Assembly: GCA_943789105.1 (NCBI GenBank)
Contig: CALSSW010000004.1
Span: 59,365 to 123,364 of the forward strand
Direction of reading: 5' to 3'
Origin: an uncultured Ulvibacter sp.
Lineage (GTDB): Bacteria > Bacteroidota > Bacteroidia > Flavobacteriales > Flavobacteriaceae
DNA: 64,000 bases
Under the pieces are notes generated by a model that ran no database searches, was not told where the DNA came from, and was given only the letters and a program-made list of their open reading frames with translations. Both the position numbers and the translations under genes were made by a program. Within the stretch, counting starts at the first letter, position 1, and each line of letters opens with the position of its first letter. Shown one piece after another: positions 10,069-21,899 of this stretch.

Positions 10069-11100
10069 TTGAAAAAGTTATCAATTTTCGGGAAGATATT
10101 ATTTTGGTGCAATAGCATTGTAGCCGTGTTGCTTTTGGTGTCTTTTATAGTGCCCTACCTTCCTCCAAAACAATTCTCGAGTTTATCGTTACTTAGTCTT
10201 GGCGTATCTCCTCTAATAGTTCTTACTTTTTTGTTTGGAGTGTATTGGGTAGTTAAGTTAAAAAAACAATTTATAGTATCTGCCGTGATGCTTGTAGCAG
10301 CATATTTTTTTTTAAATCCATTTTATAAGTTTCCTTCTAATGAGCAACTCTCTTCTAGTGAGAATACCATCTCTGTACTAAGCTATAATGTGCGTTTATT
10401 TAATGCCTATCAAAACGACATTGATAGGACTACAATTTCAGAAGTGTTAGACAGTACCCTTAAAACAGCTAATTCCGATGTTATTTTTATCCAAGAATAT
10501 TATAGAAAAACAACACAGAAGTTTCCGGGATATCCATACAGCTATATTCATTTTAAAAACAAAAAGATTGGCCTTGGTTATGCTGTTTTTTCAAAACATC
10601 CTCTGGTAAATACTGGGGCTTTTGATTTTGAAAAATCAAATAACAATAGCCTTTATGCAGATTTAGTAAAAGGCACAGATACCCTAAGGCTTTACAATGT
10701 GCATTTAAAATCTTTAGGAATTACCGCTTCTATAAATTCTCTGCAAGAACAAGACAAGGAACAATTGTTTAATAGAACAGGGGCTAGGTTTGAAAGACAG
10801 CAAGATCAAGTTGAAATATTGCTAAGCCATATAAGGGCCTCAAAACATCCTGTTATTTTAGGGGGAGATTTTAACAACACGGCATTTTCTTATGTGTATA
10901 GGAAACTACTCAGTGGCATGAAAGATGCGTTTGTAGAAAAGGGTAGGGGTTTGGGTACTACTTTTATGTTTGATTTCTACCCTATGCGTATTGATTATAT
11001 ATTTGGCTCAAAAGAGTTGGAGGTTATAGAGTTTACTTCTTTAGAGCAAACCTTCTCAGATCATTTTCCTATTGCGGCTGTCTTTGGTTTACCTAAATAA
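10069..11100 (+). CDS. Membrane-anchored endonuclease/exonuclease/phosphatase (EEP) family protein
   Basis: SYNV, IQEY, GDFN, RIDYIF, SDH motifs; three N-terminal TM helices. Confidence 0.88.
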   Translation: MKKLSIFGKILFWCNSIVAVLLLVSFIVPYLPPKQFSSLSLLSLGVSPLIVLTFLFGVYWVVKLKKQFIVSAVMLVAAYFFLNPFYKFPSNEQLSSSENTISVLSYNVRLFNAYQNDIDRTTISEVLDSTLKTANSDVIFIQEYYRKTTQKFPGYPYSYIHFKNKKIGLGYAVFSKHPLVNTGAFDFEKSNNNSLYADLVKGTDTLRLYNVHLKSLGITASINSLQEQDKEQLFNRTGARFERQQDQVEILLSHIRASKHPVILGGDFNNTAFSYVYRKLLSGMKDAFVEKGRGLGTTFMFDFYPMRIDYIFGSKELEVIEFTSLEQTFSDHFPIAAVFGLPK

Positions 11101-11728
11101 GTGAGCTTTCCAGAGTTTGGCTTTGCAAATAATTTAATGTGTTAGGCCCCTCATTAAACAACAAATCTATAATAGATAAATTCCCGATATAACCATGATT
11201 GGCTTCAAATACCTGGTGGTAGGGGTCAAAATTATAGCTTGGTTCTTTTTTACAATTTGCCAAGTGGCGCATATCTAGTAGTTGGGTGTGTTTATCAAAT
11301 ACATTTGAGCTTAGTATTTGAGCTTCCAGACCAATGAGCTCTGCAATAGTTTCTAATATTTTAATATTAAAATCTTGTAATTTTAAAACAGGGCTTTTAA
11401 AAAGCAGGGCCAAATCATCTTCATAAAACTCAAAATAGGGAGATGTTCTGTAGGCTATTTGTATAGACTTCCAGTGCTCTGTAAGCCAAGGGAAGTTGTT
11501 TTCTGGAGCAACATCTTTGGTTTTTTGATGCCGTATATTTTTTGAATGCCGTATGGGTATATTTAATAGTAATTTTCCATTACTATGCGCTATGTAGGCT
11601 CTGTTTCTGTAGGTTTGTTTTTGATAATTGTCTTGTATCTCTAGGGTTACTTTATCTGCTTTAGCTATCGCAACCATTGTTGCAATAGGTGGGAAGTAGC
11701 TAGGATAAATTAGGATATGTTGCTTCAC
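11093..11728 (-). CDS. WbqC-family protein
   Basis: YQKQTYRNR, AY..SPYFEFY, LSIIDLLFNEGP. Confidence 0.88.
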   Translation of the reverse strand: MKQHILIYPSYFPPIATMVAIAKADKVTLEIQDNYQKQTYRNRAYIAHSNGKLLLNIPIRHSKNIRHQKTKDVAPENNFPWLTEHWKSIQIAYRTSPYFEFYEDDLALLFKSPVLKLQDFNIKILETIAELIGLEAQILSSNVFDKHTQLLDMRHLANCKKEPSYNFDPYHQVFEANHGYIGNLSIIDLLFNEGPNTLNYLQSQTLESSLI

Positions 11729-11735
11729 TTTTTAT

Positions 11736-13346
11736 TTATGCTTTCTTTCTTTTTTGAAACCAGCGAAAACCAAACCATCCTGCTAGTAGTACTAGAAAAG
11801 GAATAAAATAAGAGGTTGTTTCTCCCTTACCACTAACGGTAGTAAAGAAACGATCCCAGCGTATTTTATTTAATAAGCCCTTTGCTTTGCTATTAAAACT
11901 CATCCAAACAAAAACAGGTTTACCTACCACATGATTCATAGGTACATATCCCCAAGAACGGGCATCTTGAGAGTTGTTGCGATTGTCTCCCATCATCCAA
12001 TAGTAATCCATTGTAAAGGTGTACTGAGTAATGGGTTTTCCGTTTAAAAGTACGGTAGTACCGTTTTGTGTTATGGTATTGTCTATGCCCAGCTCACTTC
12101 CTTCATAAACCTCTATAATACGTTTGTAAAAAGCAATACTCTCTGGAGTAATAGCAACTTTTTTTCCTGCTTGGGGTATGTAAATGGGCCCAAAATGATC
12201 ATTATTCCATGAATTTACAGCAGTCTGAGGAAATATCCCCTGATCTTTCACGCCTTTCTCTGCCATCTTTCTTTCTGCGCTTATTACATCTGGATAGTTT
12301 TTAATGCCTTGGTAAGCCTTATCTGTTAAATGAGCTGTATAAGTATATACTCCCGTAGCTCTATCCAGCGCTGTGGCATACATATCACTAACTCCATATC
12401 TATTAGAAAAGTAGTTGTTTGGCTCAGGCAAAAGCCTTCTTTGACCGTCAACTTTTACTAGAACACTTTTTGATGTAATGGTATAGGCAAATTGTAATTT
12501 TGCACGATCTGGCAAATCGTTTTTTGTACCGTTTATGTATACATACCCATCACGTACCTCTAGAGAGTCTCCAGGGAGACCAACACATCGTTTTACATAA
12601 TTTGATTTTTTATCAATAGGTTTATACATTTCTCCGGAGGGAGGTGGGCCTATATCTACAAAATTATCAATGGGCCAATTAAATACCACAATATCATTGT
12701 GCTCAATATCTTCAAAGCCAGTTATTCTTATACTTGGCAGCTGCGGCTTTGGTACATAAGACTTTGCCCTGGTACCCATAAATACATCATGCATCATTGG
12801 CATTGCAATTGGGGTCATAGGTGTGCGGGCACCAAAGTGAAACTTACTTACAAATAGAAAATCACCCACCAAAAGTGTTTTTTCCAGTGATGAAGTAGGT
12901 ATTACAAATGGTTGTATCACATAGGTGTGCACTATAGTGGCCGCAACTATAGCAAATGCTAGAGAGCCAAACCACTCTACCAGTGCGTTGGGTTTTTTTA
13001 AATCCTCATCCTGTAAATAAGTAAGCTGTTGAGTGTAATTAACATAAAACAAATACAAACCTCCAGATGCAATTACCAATAAGCTATCTAGTGTACTTGT
13101 TTTTCCATATCTGTTTAGTAGTTCTACCCATAAAACCGGAAACATAATAAGGTTCACAATAGGTATAAACAGCAGTAGTGTCCACCACCACGGGCGTTTT
13201 AATAATTGTATTAATACCACAGCATTGTATAAAGGAACTGCTGCTTGCCATGATTTTTTACCTGCTGCAACATAAAATTTCCAAGTACCTAAAAAGTGTA
13301 CTACTTGTATTATGACAATAAATGCCAACCAGTTAACTAAACTCAT
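11736..13346 (-). CDS. lepB: Signal peptidase I (long Bacteroidota form)
   Basis: IPTSSLEKTLLVGD (Ser), YVKRC (Lys), MGDNRNNSQDARSWG. Confidence 0.95.
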   Translation of the reverse strand: MSLVNWLAFIVIIQVVHFLGTWKFYVAAGKKSWQAAVPLYNAVVLIQLLKRPWWWTLLLFIPIVNLIMFPVLWVELLNRYGKTSTLDSLLVIASGGLYLFYVNYTQQLTYLQDEDLKKPNALVEWFGSLAFAIVAATIVHTYVIQPFVIPTSSLEKTLLVGDFLFVSKFHFGARTPMTPIAMPMMHDVFMGTRAKSYVPKPQLPSIRITGFEDIEHNDIVVFNWPIDNFVDIGPPPSGEMYKPIDKKSNYVKRCVGLPGDSLEVRDGYVYINGTKNDLPDRAKLQFAYTITSKSVLVKVDGQRRLLPEPNNYFSNRYGVSDMYATALDRATGVYTYTAHLTDKAYQGIKNYPDVISAERKMAEKGVKDQGIFPQTAVNSWNNDHFGPIYIPQAGKKVAITPESIAFYKRIIEVYEGSELGIDNTITQNGTTVLLNGKPITQYTFTMDYYWMMGDNRNNSQDARSWGYVPMNHVVGKPVFVWMSFNSKAKGLLNKIRWDRFFTTVSGKGETTSYFIPFLVLLAGWFGFRWFQKRKKA

Positions 13347-13421
13347 ATTTTATTTTATTTTCTGAAATACAAAACATATTCCGTGTATCTGTTTTATGTA
13401 CTTACTAATAGTATTCAATTT

Positions 13422-14120
13422 TTATAATCCTAACACGTCTTTCATGGTGAAAATTCCTTTTTTACTTACAAGGAATTCTGCAGCAATAACTGCCCCCATT
13501 GCAAAACCTTCCCTACTATGGGCCTCGTGTTTAATTGTTATGGTGTCTATTTTTGATGTAAAAGCAACACTATGGGTGCCTTTCACATCTGCTTCTCTTG
13601 TGGATTTTATACTTACAGCATCTGTTGTTGTATGGTCTAAACTCCATGTGTTTTTATCGCTATAAGGTAGTATGTCTTCTACTAGTGTGATTGCCGTACC
13701 GCTAGGAGCGTCTTTTTTTTCTGTATGATGAATTTCTTCTACAGATACCTTGTAATCACTCCAAGGCTTCATTAATAGGGCCAAATGTTCATTTAAATTA
13801 AAAAACAAATTCACGCCAATGCTAAAGTTTGAAGCATAAATAAAACTACCAGCACTTTGTATACAGGCCTCTTCTATAGCTTTTTTTTGATCTAACCATC
13901 CTGTAGTACCAGATACTACCGGAATTTTCGCTTTAAAACACTTTGTTATATTAGTTACAGCGGCCTCTGGAGTAGAGAATTCTATGGCAATCTCTGCATC
14001 TTTAAAATTTCCGCTTTGGGTAGATGCACTACTTTTATAAACAATTTCATGGCCTCTGTATACAGCTATTTTTGCTATAATCTTACCCATTTTTCCAAAT
14101 CCTAAGAGCGCTATTTTCAT
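13422..14120 (-). CDS. dapB: 4-hydroxy-tetrahydrodipicolinate reductase
   Basis: GFGKMG, GTTGW, EIHHTEKKDAPSGTA. Confidence 0.96.
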   Translation of the reverse strand: MKIALLGFGKMGKIIAKIAVYRGHEIVYKSSASTQSGNFKDAEIAIEFSTPEAAVTNITKCFKAKIPVVSGTTGWLDQKKAIEEACIQSAGSFIYASNFSIGVNLFFNLNEHLALLMKPWSDYKVSVEEIHHTEKKDAPSGTAITLVEDILPYSDKNTWSLDHTTTDAVSIKSTREADVKGTHSVAFTSKIDTITIKHEAHSREGFAMGAVIAAEFLVSKKGIFTMKDVLGL

Positions 14121-14707
14121 TTTAGTGTATATCTAAGGCTAAGCCCATAACTTGGTTGGGCAATATTTGTAGTATTTAGTTTTGGTGTTATAGAAAGATC
14201 ATCACTAATATTATACTGCTTTAAATGCGCATCTACGTTTGCATCTATAATGTTCAATATATAAAACCCAAGTGATACAATAATACTAACATTTTTATTT
14301 CTTTGAGCACTTTTCTGAGCGTCAATTAGTCTATTGTTTGAAATTAGTGGTGTGCTGCCTGGGCCAAAAAACTCATCATCTGTATACCCGGCAAGCCTTC
14401 GTTTGTAGGCATCTCTAAAACGATTATAATCTGTATCATTTTTCATGTAAAAATAGACTCCCGTTCCAATTCCTGCATAGATTACAGGTATTTTCCAGTA
14501 TTTTCTATTGCTTACTTGACCAAGTCCAGGCAGTACCGCAGAGTAAAAAGCAGCCCTTGCAGGCGCTAGAGGATCATAGGCTTGTTTTTTAGTTGCAGTA
14601 TCTTTAACAATAAGATTGATTTGCTTGGATACAGAATTAACTTGCCCTTGAGCAACCACTGGTATGCTTGCTATAAGTAAAAAAATATAGAGGAGTTTAC
14701 ACTTCAC
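14117..14707 (-). CDS. DUF5683-type membrane/secreted protein
   Basis: P..AAFYSAVLPGLGQ..N.KYWK.P and NIIDANVDAHL; lies between parB and dapB. Confidence 0.8.
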   Translation of the reverse strand: MKCKLLYIFLLIASIPVVAQGQVNSVSKQINLIVKDTATKKQAYDPLAPARAAFYSAVLPGLGQVSNRKYWKIPVIYAGIGTGVYFYMKNDTDYNRFRDAYKRRLAGYTDDEFFGPGSTPLISNNRLIDAQKSAQRNKNVSIIVSLGFYILNIIDANVDAHLKQYNISDDLSITPKLNTTNIAQPSYGLSLRYTLK

Positions 14708-15594
14708 GAGAGTAGCTTGAGTAGGCGGTCAAAATCTTCCTTGTTTTTAAAGGGTACTATAAACTGCCCCTTACCTGTATCATTTACTTTAACATCAATA
14801 TTAGCGTTTAATGCAGCAATGAGTTGTTTTTTTGCCTTGAGCACATATTTTGGCACTATTTTGACAGCTTTGTGTGATGAAGATCTAGTCTTTTTTTCAC
14901 CTCTCACTAAAATTTCTGTTTCACGTACAGATAATTTATCAGCTAGAATTTTAGCGTAAATTTCAAGCTGTGAGTCTAGGTTTTCAACATTTATAAGAGC
15001 TCTACCATGACCCATAGTAATAAACCCGTCTCTCATTCCCGTTTGTATAATAGGGTCTAATTTCAGTAATCGTAAATAGTTGGCAATGGTTGATCTGTTT
15101 TTACCAACACGATCACTCATTTGGCTCTGGGTTAAATCAATTTCTTCTATTAGGCGCCTGTAGGAGAGTGCAATTTCTATAGGATCAAGATCTTCCCGTT
15201 GTATGTTTTCCACCAGTGCCATTTCCAAAGATTCTTGGTCATTGGCAATGCGTATGTAGGCTGGTATGGTTGTAAGCCCTAATAGTGAAGAAGCTCTAAA
15301 ACGACGCTCACCACTTACTAGTTGGTATTGGTTAAAACTAAGTTTACGCACTGTTATAGGCTGTATAACTCCTAACTCTTTAATAGAGGAGGCTAGTTCT
15401 AAAAGCAAATCTTCGTTGAAACTGGTTCTGGGCTGAAATGGGTTTACTTCAATGGCAGTTAATTCAAGCTCCACAATATTTCCTACAACTTTGTCGGCAT
15501 TTTTATCATTTGCAGATTCAATGTCGTTGGAAGGGTCTTTCAAAATGGCAGAAAGGCCACGTCCTAGTGCTTGTTTTTTTGTTGCTTTAGCCAT
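14704..15594 (-). CDS. parB: Chromosome partitioning protein ParB
   Basis: ALGRGLSA, NPFQPR, GERRFRA, ENIQREDL. Confidence 0.96.
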   Translation of the reverse strand: MAKATKKQALGRGLSAILKDPSNDIESANDKNADKVVGNIVELELTAIEVNPFQPRTSFNEDLLLELASSIKELGVIQPITVRKLSFNQYQLVSGERRFRASSLLGLTTIPAYIRIANDQESLEMALVENIQREDLDPIEIALSYRRLIEEIDLTQSQMSDRVGKNRSTIANYLRLLKLDPIIQTGMRDGFITMGHGRALINVENLDSQLEIYAKILADKLSVRETEILVRGEKKTRSSSHKAVKIVPKYVLKAKKQLIAALNANIDVKVNDTGKGQFIVPFKNKEDFDRLLKLLS

Positions 15595-15618
15595 ATTGTA
15601 TTTACTAGGCGATTACTT

Positions 15619-16383
15619 TTATTTATTTTTCTGTATTAATTCCTCTGCCAAACTAAGGTAATTGTTGGCGCCTCTGCTACTTGCATCATAACTAATAATG
15701 CTTTCCCCATAACTAGGGGCTTCACTTAAACGCACATTGCGCTGAATGATTGTATTAAATACCATTGCGTCAAAATGTTTTTTCACTTCTTCTACCACTT
15801 GATTTGACAATCTTAATCTAGAGTCATACATGGTAAGAAGTAGGCCTTCAATATCCAACCCCGAGTTGTGTACCTTTTGTACACTTTTTATTGTGTTTAA
15901 AAGCTTACCAAGACCCTCTAGTGCAAAATACTCACATTGTATTGGTATGATAACAGCATCTGCAGCAGTTAAAGCATTTAGGGTTAATAGTCCTAGAGAT
16001 GGCGCGCAATCTATTATGATATAGTCATAATCTTTTTTTAGATCTGTCACCATTTGTTTGAGCATGTACTCCCTATTTTTTTTGTCTACTAATTCAATTT
16101 CAACAGCAACAAGATCTATATGAGCCGGAATTAAATCAAGATTAGGAGAGGTGGTTTTTACAATGGCATCTTTAGCTGTTGTAGAATGCTCTAATAATTG
16201 ATAGGTACCATTGGTAACAGCCTCTACATCTATGCCTAAACCAGATGTAGCATTGGCTTGTGGATCTGCATCAATTAGGAGTACTTTTTTTTCTAAAACA
16301 CCTAAAGATGCTGCTAGGTTAATAGAAGTGGTAGTTTTTCCTACGCCTCCTTTTTGGTTAGCAATTGCAATAATTTTACCCAT
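15619..16383 (-). CDS. parA: Chromosome partitioning ATPase ParA/Soj
   Basis: NQKGGVGKTTT, DADPQAN, QCEYFALEG, LSEAPSYG. Confidence 0.96.
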   Translation of the reverse strand: MGKIIAIANQKGGVGKTTTSINLAASLGVLEKKVLLIDADPQANATSGLGIDVEAVTNGTYQLLEHSTTAKDAIVKTTSPNLDLIPAHIDLVAVEIELVDKKNREYMLKQMVTDLKKDYDYIIIDCAPSLGLLTLNALTAADAVIIPIQCEYFALEGLGKLLNTIKSVQKVHNSGLDIEGLLLTMYDSRLRLSNQVVEEVKKHFDAMVFNTIIQRNVRLSEAPSYGESIISYDASSRGANNYLSLAEELIQKNK

Positions 16384-16600
16384 TAATATTTCTTGATTTA
16401 ATAGTAAAAATACTATTTAATAACCGAATCCAAAATCATTTTTGTTAACAGATAGTGAACATCTTTTTAAGACTAAAAAGGTAGCGTGTTTATAGTATAT
16501 ACAACGATAAGAAACATTTTATTTGTTGAAATAGATTACAATTTTAACCTCCTTTTATAGACTTTGGATTTGTAATAGGTTACTTTGAAATAAAAAAGTA

Positions 16601-18739
16601 TTACTCTGCCACAGAGTCTATTAAAATAGTAAGCATTTCAATGGCTGCATCACTAATTCTTGTTCCTGGGCCATATACTGCAAGTGCACCTGCATCAAAC
16701 AAAAATTGATAATCTTGAGCAGGAATAACACCCCCAACAATTACCATGATGTCTTCACGGCCAAATTCTTTCATTTGTGCAATAACCTGTGGCACTAGTG
16801 TTTTATGACCAGCAGCCAATGAAGAAATACCTAAAATGTGCACGTCATTTTCTATGGCTTGTTGTGCTGCTTCTTTTGGGGTCTGAAACAATGGGCCAAT
16901 ATCTACATCAAAGCCAACATCTGCATAACCAGTAGCAACAACTTTTGCTCCTCTGTCATGACCATCTTGCCCCATTTTAGCAATCATGATTCTTGGTCTA
17001 CGACCTTCTAACTCGGCAAATTTATTTGCGAGTTCTCTTGCTTTTTCAAAGGAAGGGTCTTTTTTTATCTCTTTACTATACACGCCGCTAAATGATTTAA
17101 TTTGAGCTTTATACCTGCCAAAAGCTACTTCTAATGCATCACTAATTTCTCCAAGAGTAGCTCTTTGTTTGGCCGCTGTTACTGCCAAATCTAGTAAATT
17201 TTCTGTTCCCGATGTAGCAGCATGCGTTAAAGCTTTTAAACTATCTGTTACTTTTTTATTATCTCTAGTGGCTTTAATATTAGCTAATCGCTCTAACTGA
17301 GCGGTTCTAACCATTTGGTTATCTACATCTAGTATCTGCAAGGGATCTTCTTTTTCTAGTCTATATTTATTAACACCAACAATAATGTCTTGACCGCTAT
17401 CTATACGGGCTTGTTTTCTTGCAGCTGCTTCTTCGATGCGTAATTTTGGTATGCCGGCCTCAATGGCTTTTGTCATGCCACCCAATTCTTCAACTTCCTG
17501 AATTAGTGCCCATGCTTTGTCTGAAATATCATTGGTTAGATTTTCTACATAATAACTACCTGCCCATGGATCAACAGTTTTTGTGATATGGGTTTCTTCT
17601 TGCAGATAAATTTGTGTGTTTCTTGCAATACGAGCACTAAAATCTGTGGGTAAGGCAATGGCCTCGTCAAGGGCATTGGTGTGTAAAGACTGGGTTCCTC
17701 CAAAGGCGGCAGCAGAAGCTTCAATACAGGTGCGTGCAACATTATTAAAAGGGTCTTGCTCTGTTAGGCTCCAGCCACTTGTTTGACAATGCGTTCTTAG
17801 GGCTAAAGATTTTGGATTTTTTGGATTAAACTGTTTCACTAGTTTTGCCCATAACATTCTGGCGGCTCTCATTTTAGCGATTTCCATAAAATGATTCATA
17901 CCAATGGCCCAAAAGAAAGATAGGCGTGGTGCAAAGGTATCAATATCCATACCTGCATCTAAGCCTTTACGGATGTATTCTAGGCCATCTGCCAAGGTGT
18001 ATGCCAATTCTATATCGCAAGTTGCACCAGCTTCTTGCATATGATATCCAGAAATAGAAATGCTGTTAAACTTAGGCATGTTCTTTGACGTGTATTGAAA
18101 AATATCACTTATAATTTTCATCGATGGCGTAGGAGGGTAGATATAGGTATTACGTACCATAAACTCCTTTAAAATATCGTTTTGTATCGTACCTGCAAGA
18201 TCTTTTAACGCCACTTCTTGTTCTTGAGCAGCTACAATGTAAAAAGCCATAATCGGTAGCACAGCTCCATTCATGGTCATTGATACGCTCATTTTGTCTA
18301 AAGGGATTTGATCAAACAAAATTTTCATATCCTCAACGCTGTCTATGGCAACTCCTGCCTTACCAACATCTCCAACTACCCGCTCATGATCACTATCATA
18401 GCCTCTGTGGGTGGCCAAATCAAAGGCAACAGAAAGCCCTTTTTGACCCCCAGCTAGATTACGTCTATAAAAAGCATTGCTATCCTCGGCGGTAGAGAAT
18501 CCTGCATATTGCCTAATGGTCCAAGGTCTTTTTACATACATAGTAGCATAAGGCCCTCTTAAATGGGGAGCAATACCGGCAGCAAAATCTAAGTGTTTTA
18601 GGGCAGTTACATCTTGTTTGCTATAACGATTTTTGATAGCAATGCCCTCTGCAGTTTTGAAAGCAGTTTTTTTATCCCCAGAAATACCACTTTGGGTGTT
18701 GTTGTGTAAGGTTATGTTGGATACATCTTTTCTACTCAT
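16601..18739 (-). CDS. scpA: Methylmalonyl-CoA mutase, catalytic subunit
   Basis: [11 protein letters not shown]12-binding DGHDRG motif. Confidence 0.97.
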   Translation of the reverse strand: MSRKDVSNITLHNNTQSGISGDKKTAFKTAEGIAIKNRYSKQDVTALKHLDFAAGIAPHLRGPYATMYVKRPWTIRQYAGFSTAEDSNAFYRRNLAGGQKGLSVAFDLATHRGYDSDHERVVGDVGKAGVAIDSVEDMKILFDQIPLDKMSVSMTMNGAVLPIMAFYIVAAQEQEVALKDLAGTIQNDILKEFMVRNTYIYPPTPSMKIISDIFQYTSKNMPKFNSISISGYHMQEAGATCDIELAYTLADGLEYIRKGLDAGMDIDTFAPRLSFFWAIGMNHFMEIAKMRAARMLWAKLVKQFNPKNPKSLALRTHCQTSGWSLTEQDPFNNVARTCIEASAAAFGGTQSLHTNALDEAIALPTDFSARIARNTQIYLQEETHITKTVDPWAGSYYVENLTNDISDKAWALIQEVEELGGMTKAIEAGIPKLRIEEAAARKQARIDSGQDIIVGVNKYRLEKEDPLQILDVDNQMVRTAQLERLANIKATRDNKKVTDSLKALTHAATSGTENLLDLAVTAAKQRATLGEISDALEVAFGRYKAQIKSFSGVYSKEIKKDPSFEKARELANKFAELEGRRPRIMIAKMGQDGHDRGAKVVATGYADVGFDVDIGPLFQTPKEAAQQAIENDVHILGISSLAAGHKTLVPQVIAQMKEFGREDIMVIVGGVIPAQDYQFLFDAGALAVYGPGTRISDAAIEMLTILIDSVAE

Positions 18740-20075
18740 GGCTTAGTCTTTCCTTTTCTATAGCTTCCGCCATACGTTTTGCTATTATGGGTTGAATCAA
18801 TGTTTTTCTAGGATTGCTTTTCAAAAAAGGAAACAGTTCTAAGTTTTCCTTCATTAGATCTGTTGGGTTTAGGTGTTTATTTGTTCCAAGTAATGTAATA
18901 TTGCCATTGTCAAAAAGTTCCTGCTGTTTGGCAGCACTTTCTTTAATTTTTTTCTGTATGTCCCCCTGTAGTAGTTGTTTTATAAAACCGCCACTATCTT
19001 CAATTTGTTTAAAGAGCTCTAATGCTTTTGTAGCCAATTCTTGCGTAAGGTTCTCTATGTAATAAGCTCCATCTGCAGGATTGCTGACCACATCAAAATA
19101 GCTCTCTGCCTTTAATATCAATAATTGATTTCGAGAAATTCGTTCTCCAAATTCATTGCTTTTATGGTACAATACATCATAAGGCATGTTGCATACCGCA
19201 TCTGCACCTCCAAGCACACTAGACATAGCCTCAGTAGTGCTTCGCAGCATATTTATATTATAATCATAAAGTGTTTTGTTACGTCTTGAGCCTTGGGCTA
19301 TCACATGACATGTTTGGGAGCAGTCATACTCTTTGGTTAAACTAGCGTATAGAATTCTTAGGGCGCGTATTTTTGCTATTTCAAAAAAGTAGTGCGTGCC
19401 AGTTGCTATTTTAAAAGTAATACTATTTGTAGTTTGATGGTTTAGATATTCATTGGCATGGGCAAGGGCATAGGCCAATTGCTGAACCATATTGGCTCCT
19501 GCATTTTGATAGTTTGTTGTGTCTACAGAAATAGTGTTTACAGACTGTGAAAGACTTTGAAGTGCGTTAAAATCTTCTTTTTGGCTTTTAAACCAATTTC
19601 CTTCTTTTGAAAGTTTCCCTACAGGGTCTAGGTTGAGATAAAATTCAGCCTTTTGATTTGTGAGATATAAAGATAGTTTATTTACAAAATCAATATCCAA
19701 AAAAGTAAAATCGAAATATATACTTGCCTTACCGTAGGGGTAATCTTTAAAGACACTCTCGATATCAAAGGGTTTATTTGCTCCAAAAAGAATGGCTTCT
19801 GCTCCCTTTTCTATAGCATCTACAGCAATATCATTTGCAATTTTAGCATCGTCAATAAAAACTCCCTGTGTGATATTCCAACCAGATGGAGTTCCTGGAA
19901 TCTCCTTGGCAATAATACCATCATCATTATGGTAAAAGGGTTTAATATGTATCCCTTCTAGTGTTTTGCTCACAAGGGTTTCATTATACTCAGCTCCTTT
20001 AAGGTCTACCTGTATTTTTTGCTTCCATGCTTTTGCAGAAACCGGATCAAAATCTGTCAACAAATGTTTCTTCAT
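18732..20075 (-). CDS. mutA: Methylmalonyl-CoA mutase, small (beta) subunit
   Basis: [41 protein letters not shown]; overlaps the large-subunit start. Confidence 0.9.
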   Translation of the reverse strand: MKKHLLTDFDPVSAKAWKQKIQVDLKGAEYNETLVSKTLEGIHIKPFYHNDDGIIAKEIPGTPSGWNITQGVFIDDAKIANDIAVDAIEKGAEAILFGANKPFDIESVFKDYPYGKASIYFDFTFLDIDFVNKLSLYLTNQKAEFYLNLDPVGKLSKEGNWFKSQKEDFNALQSLSQSVNTISVDTTNYQNAGANMVQQLAYALAHANEYLNHQTTNSITFKIATGTHYFFEIAKIRALRILYASLTKEYDCSQTCHVIAQGSRRNKTLYDYNINMLRSTTEAMSSVLGGADAVCNMPYDVLYHKSNEFGERISRNQLLILKAESYFDVVSNPADGAYYIENLTQELATKALELFKQIEDSGGFIKQLLQGDIQKKIKESAAKQQELFDNGNITLLGTNKHLNPTDLMKENLELFPFLKSNPRKTLIQPIIAKRMAEAIEKERLSHE

Positions 20076-20103
20076 TGATGCGTATTGTCATAAAATCAAA
20101 CCC

Positions 20104-20424
20104 TTACTTAACAGAGTCTTGATGTTCTATGATGTAAATATCTTCGTTTTCTTTTTTGAGGTAGTATTTTTCTCTAGCATAACGTTCCATCTCTGAGCTG
20201 TCTTTCATTTTTTTTATAAAAGCTTTGTCTTTCTCTATTTCTTTTTTGTAAAACGTTTTATTCTCCTCTAGGGCCTTAATATCATCACTTAATTCTTTGT
20301 GAAAAAAATAATTATTAGCATCAAAAAAAAACATCCAGGTTAAAAACAGCAACATGAAAATCACATATTTGTTGCCCAGCCAGAGGTACCACTTTGTTTT
20401 TTTTATTTCTGAAATTTTATTCAT
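20104..20424 (-). CDS. FtsB / septum formation initiator family protein
   Basis: TM helix, coiled coil, ERYAREKYYLKKENEDIY. Confidence 0.85.
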   Translation of the reverse strand: MNKISEIKKTKWYLWLGNKYVIFMLLFLTWMFFFDANNYFFHKELSDDIKALEENKTFYKKEIEKDKAFIKKMKDSSEMERYAREKYYLKKENEDIYIIEHQDSVK

Positions 20425-20427
20425 GTG

Positions 20428-21033
20428 TTATAATCTTTCTGAAATAATAGTTCTTATTAAATCAACAGCAACCGTATTGTATTTGTTGTTAGGTATAATG
20501 ATGTCTGCAAATTCTTTGGTAGGTTCTATAAACTCTTGATGCATTGGCTTAAGAGTTGTTTGGTATCTGGTAAGAACCTCATCTATGTTTCTTCCTCGTT
20601 CAGAAATATCTCTCTTCAATCTGCGTATTAGACGCTCATCACTGTCTGCGTGTACAAAAACATTTACATCAAACATGGCTCTTATCTCTGGTTGTGTGAG
20701 TATTAAAATACCCTCTACAATCACTACTTTTTTTGGATGTGTTGTAATTGTCTCACCCATACGGTTATGTTCTACAAAAGAATATACGGGCTGCTCAAAA
20801 GAGGCTCCATCACGCAAAGTCTTTAAATGCTGTAAAAGCAAATCAAAATCAATAGAGTTAGGGTGATCAAAATTTATTTTAACGCGCTCTTGATAACTTA
20901 AATCACTGGTGTCTTTGTAATAAGAATCCTGTGATATTACACATACTTCATCTACTGGAAGTTGTGCAATAATTTGTTCTACTACTGTCGTTTTTCCGCA
21001 GCCAGTACCGCCTGCAATACCAATTATTAACAT
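20428..21033 (-). CDS. udk: Uridine kinase
   Basis: GIAGGTGCGKTT, NFDHP, EGILI, FIEPTK. Confidence 0.95.
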   Translation of the reverse strand: MLIIGIAGGTGCGKTTVVEQIIAQLPVDEVCVISQDSYYKDTSDLSYQERVKINFDHPNSIDFDLLLQHLKTLRDGASFEQPVYSFVEHNRMGETITTHPKKVVIVEGILILTQPEIRAMFDVNVFVHADSDERLIRRLKRDISERGRNIDEVLTRYQTTLKPMHQEFIEPTKEFADIIIPNNKYNTVAVDLIRTIISERL

Positions 21034-21090
21034 AGTATATGTTTTTTACAAAAATAAGGATTTTGTAGTGCTAGCTGTTAAACCTTGTCA

Positions 21091-21537
21091 TTACTTTTTA
21101 ACAGAAGCAACTTCTTTTTCTGTTACTATTTTTTTTTGCTTGTTTCCCCAAGAGTTCATGGTGTAATTCATTACATCTGCCACTTGGGTGTTGTTTAAAC
21201 CCATGGCACTCATAACCCCATTATATGGTTTTTGGTTTACGATGATGTTTCCTCGTAGGCCGTATTTAACTGCCTTAATGCTTTCTAGTCTTTTTTGGGT
21301 TAACCAATTAGAGCCTGCCAAGGGTGGGTAATTATTTGCAATGCCTTTGCCACTAGGTCTATGACATTGGGAGCATACTTTTTTATATACAACAGCTCCT
21401 CTGTCTATACTTTGTTGTAGAGGGCTTTGTATTTTGTTTACTGTAGCTTGTAATGTAACACCCTCTTGTTTTTTTGGGGTATTATTACATCCAAGTATAA
21501 AAATCACCAATAGTGCACTATAGCATACCTTACTCAT
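21091..21537 (-). CDS. Monoheme cytochrome c lipoprotein
   Basis: Lipobox ILGC, CSQCH heme motif, PPLAGS, Met ligand in YNGVMS. Confidence 0.9.
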   Translation of the reverse strand: MSKVCYSALLVIFILGCNNTPKKQEGVTLQATVNKIQSPLQQSIDRGAVVYKKVCSQCHRPSGKGIANNYPPLAGSNWLTQKRLESIKAVKYGLRGNIIVNQKPYNGVMSAMGLNNTQVADVMNYTMNSWGNKQKKIVTEKEVASVKK

Positions 21538-21640
21538 TTGAGTTTTTTTAGTAAATCCCTAGAGATTTATAACAGTGTAAATATAACAATCTGGGTTTTG
21601 TTTTCTACCTGTAAAAGTATTAAAGCTGTGTTTTGTAAAT

Positions 21641-21673
21641 AAAAAAGCCATCTGATACTTCAGACGGCTTTTT
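21641..21673 (-). terminator. Intrinsic terminator downstream of tRNA-Pro(TGG)
   Basis: AAAAAAGCCATCTGA-TACT-TCAGACGGCTTTTT hairpin with U-tract on the minus strand. Confidence 0.8.
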
Positions 21674-21675
21674 AG

Positions 21676-21750
21676 TCGGGGTGGCAGGATTCGAACCTGC
21701 GGCCTCCACGTCCCAAACGTGGCGCGATAACCGGGCTACGCTACACCCCG
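21676..21750 (-). tRNA. tRNA-Pro (anticodon TGG)
   Basis: Reverse complement CGGGGTG...CCACG-TT-TGG-GA-CGTGG...GCAGGTTCGAATCCTGC-CACCCCG-A folds as a cloverleaf; upstream TAGTTTTG promoter element. Confidence 0.96.
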
Positions 21751-21899
21751 AATTAAGTACTTAAATTCGGATTGCAAAACTAATGATTTATATAGATACC
21801 ACACGCTTTTTTTAATTTATTTTACCCTTGTTGACACTAGTTTTTATTATTTTTACAATCATATTTTAACCCTTGTTATGAAAAGGTGTTTTTTAAGCA

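Noticed and set aside
8435-11100. Tandem rhomboids plus EEP protein as a novel system
   Set aside because: As I recall, this is a widespread core Bacteroidota arrangement; nothing locus-specific is visible.
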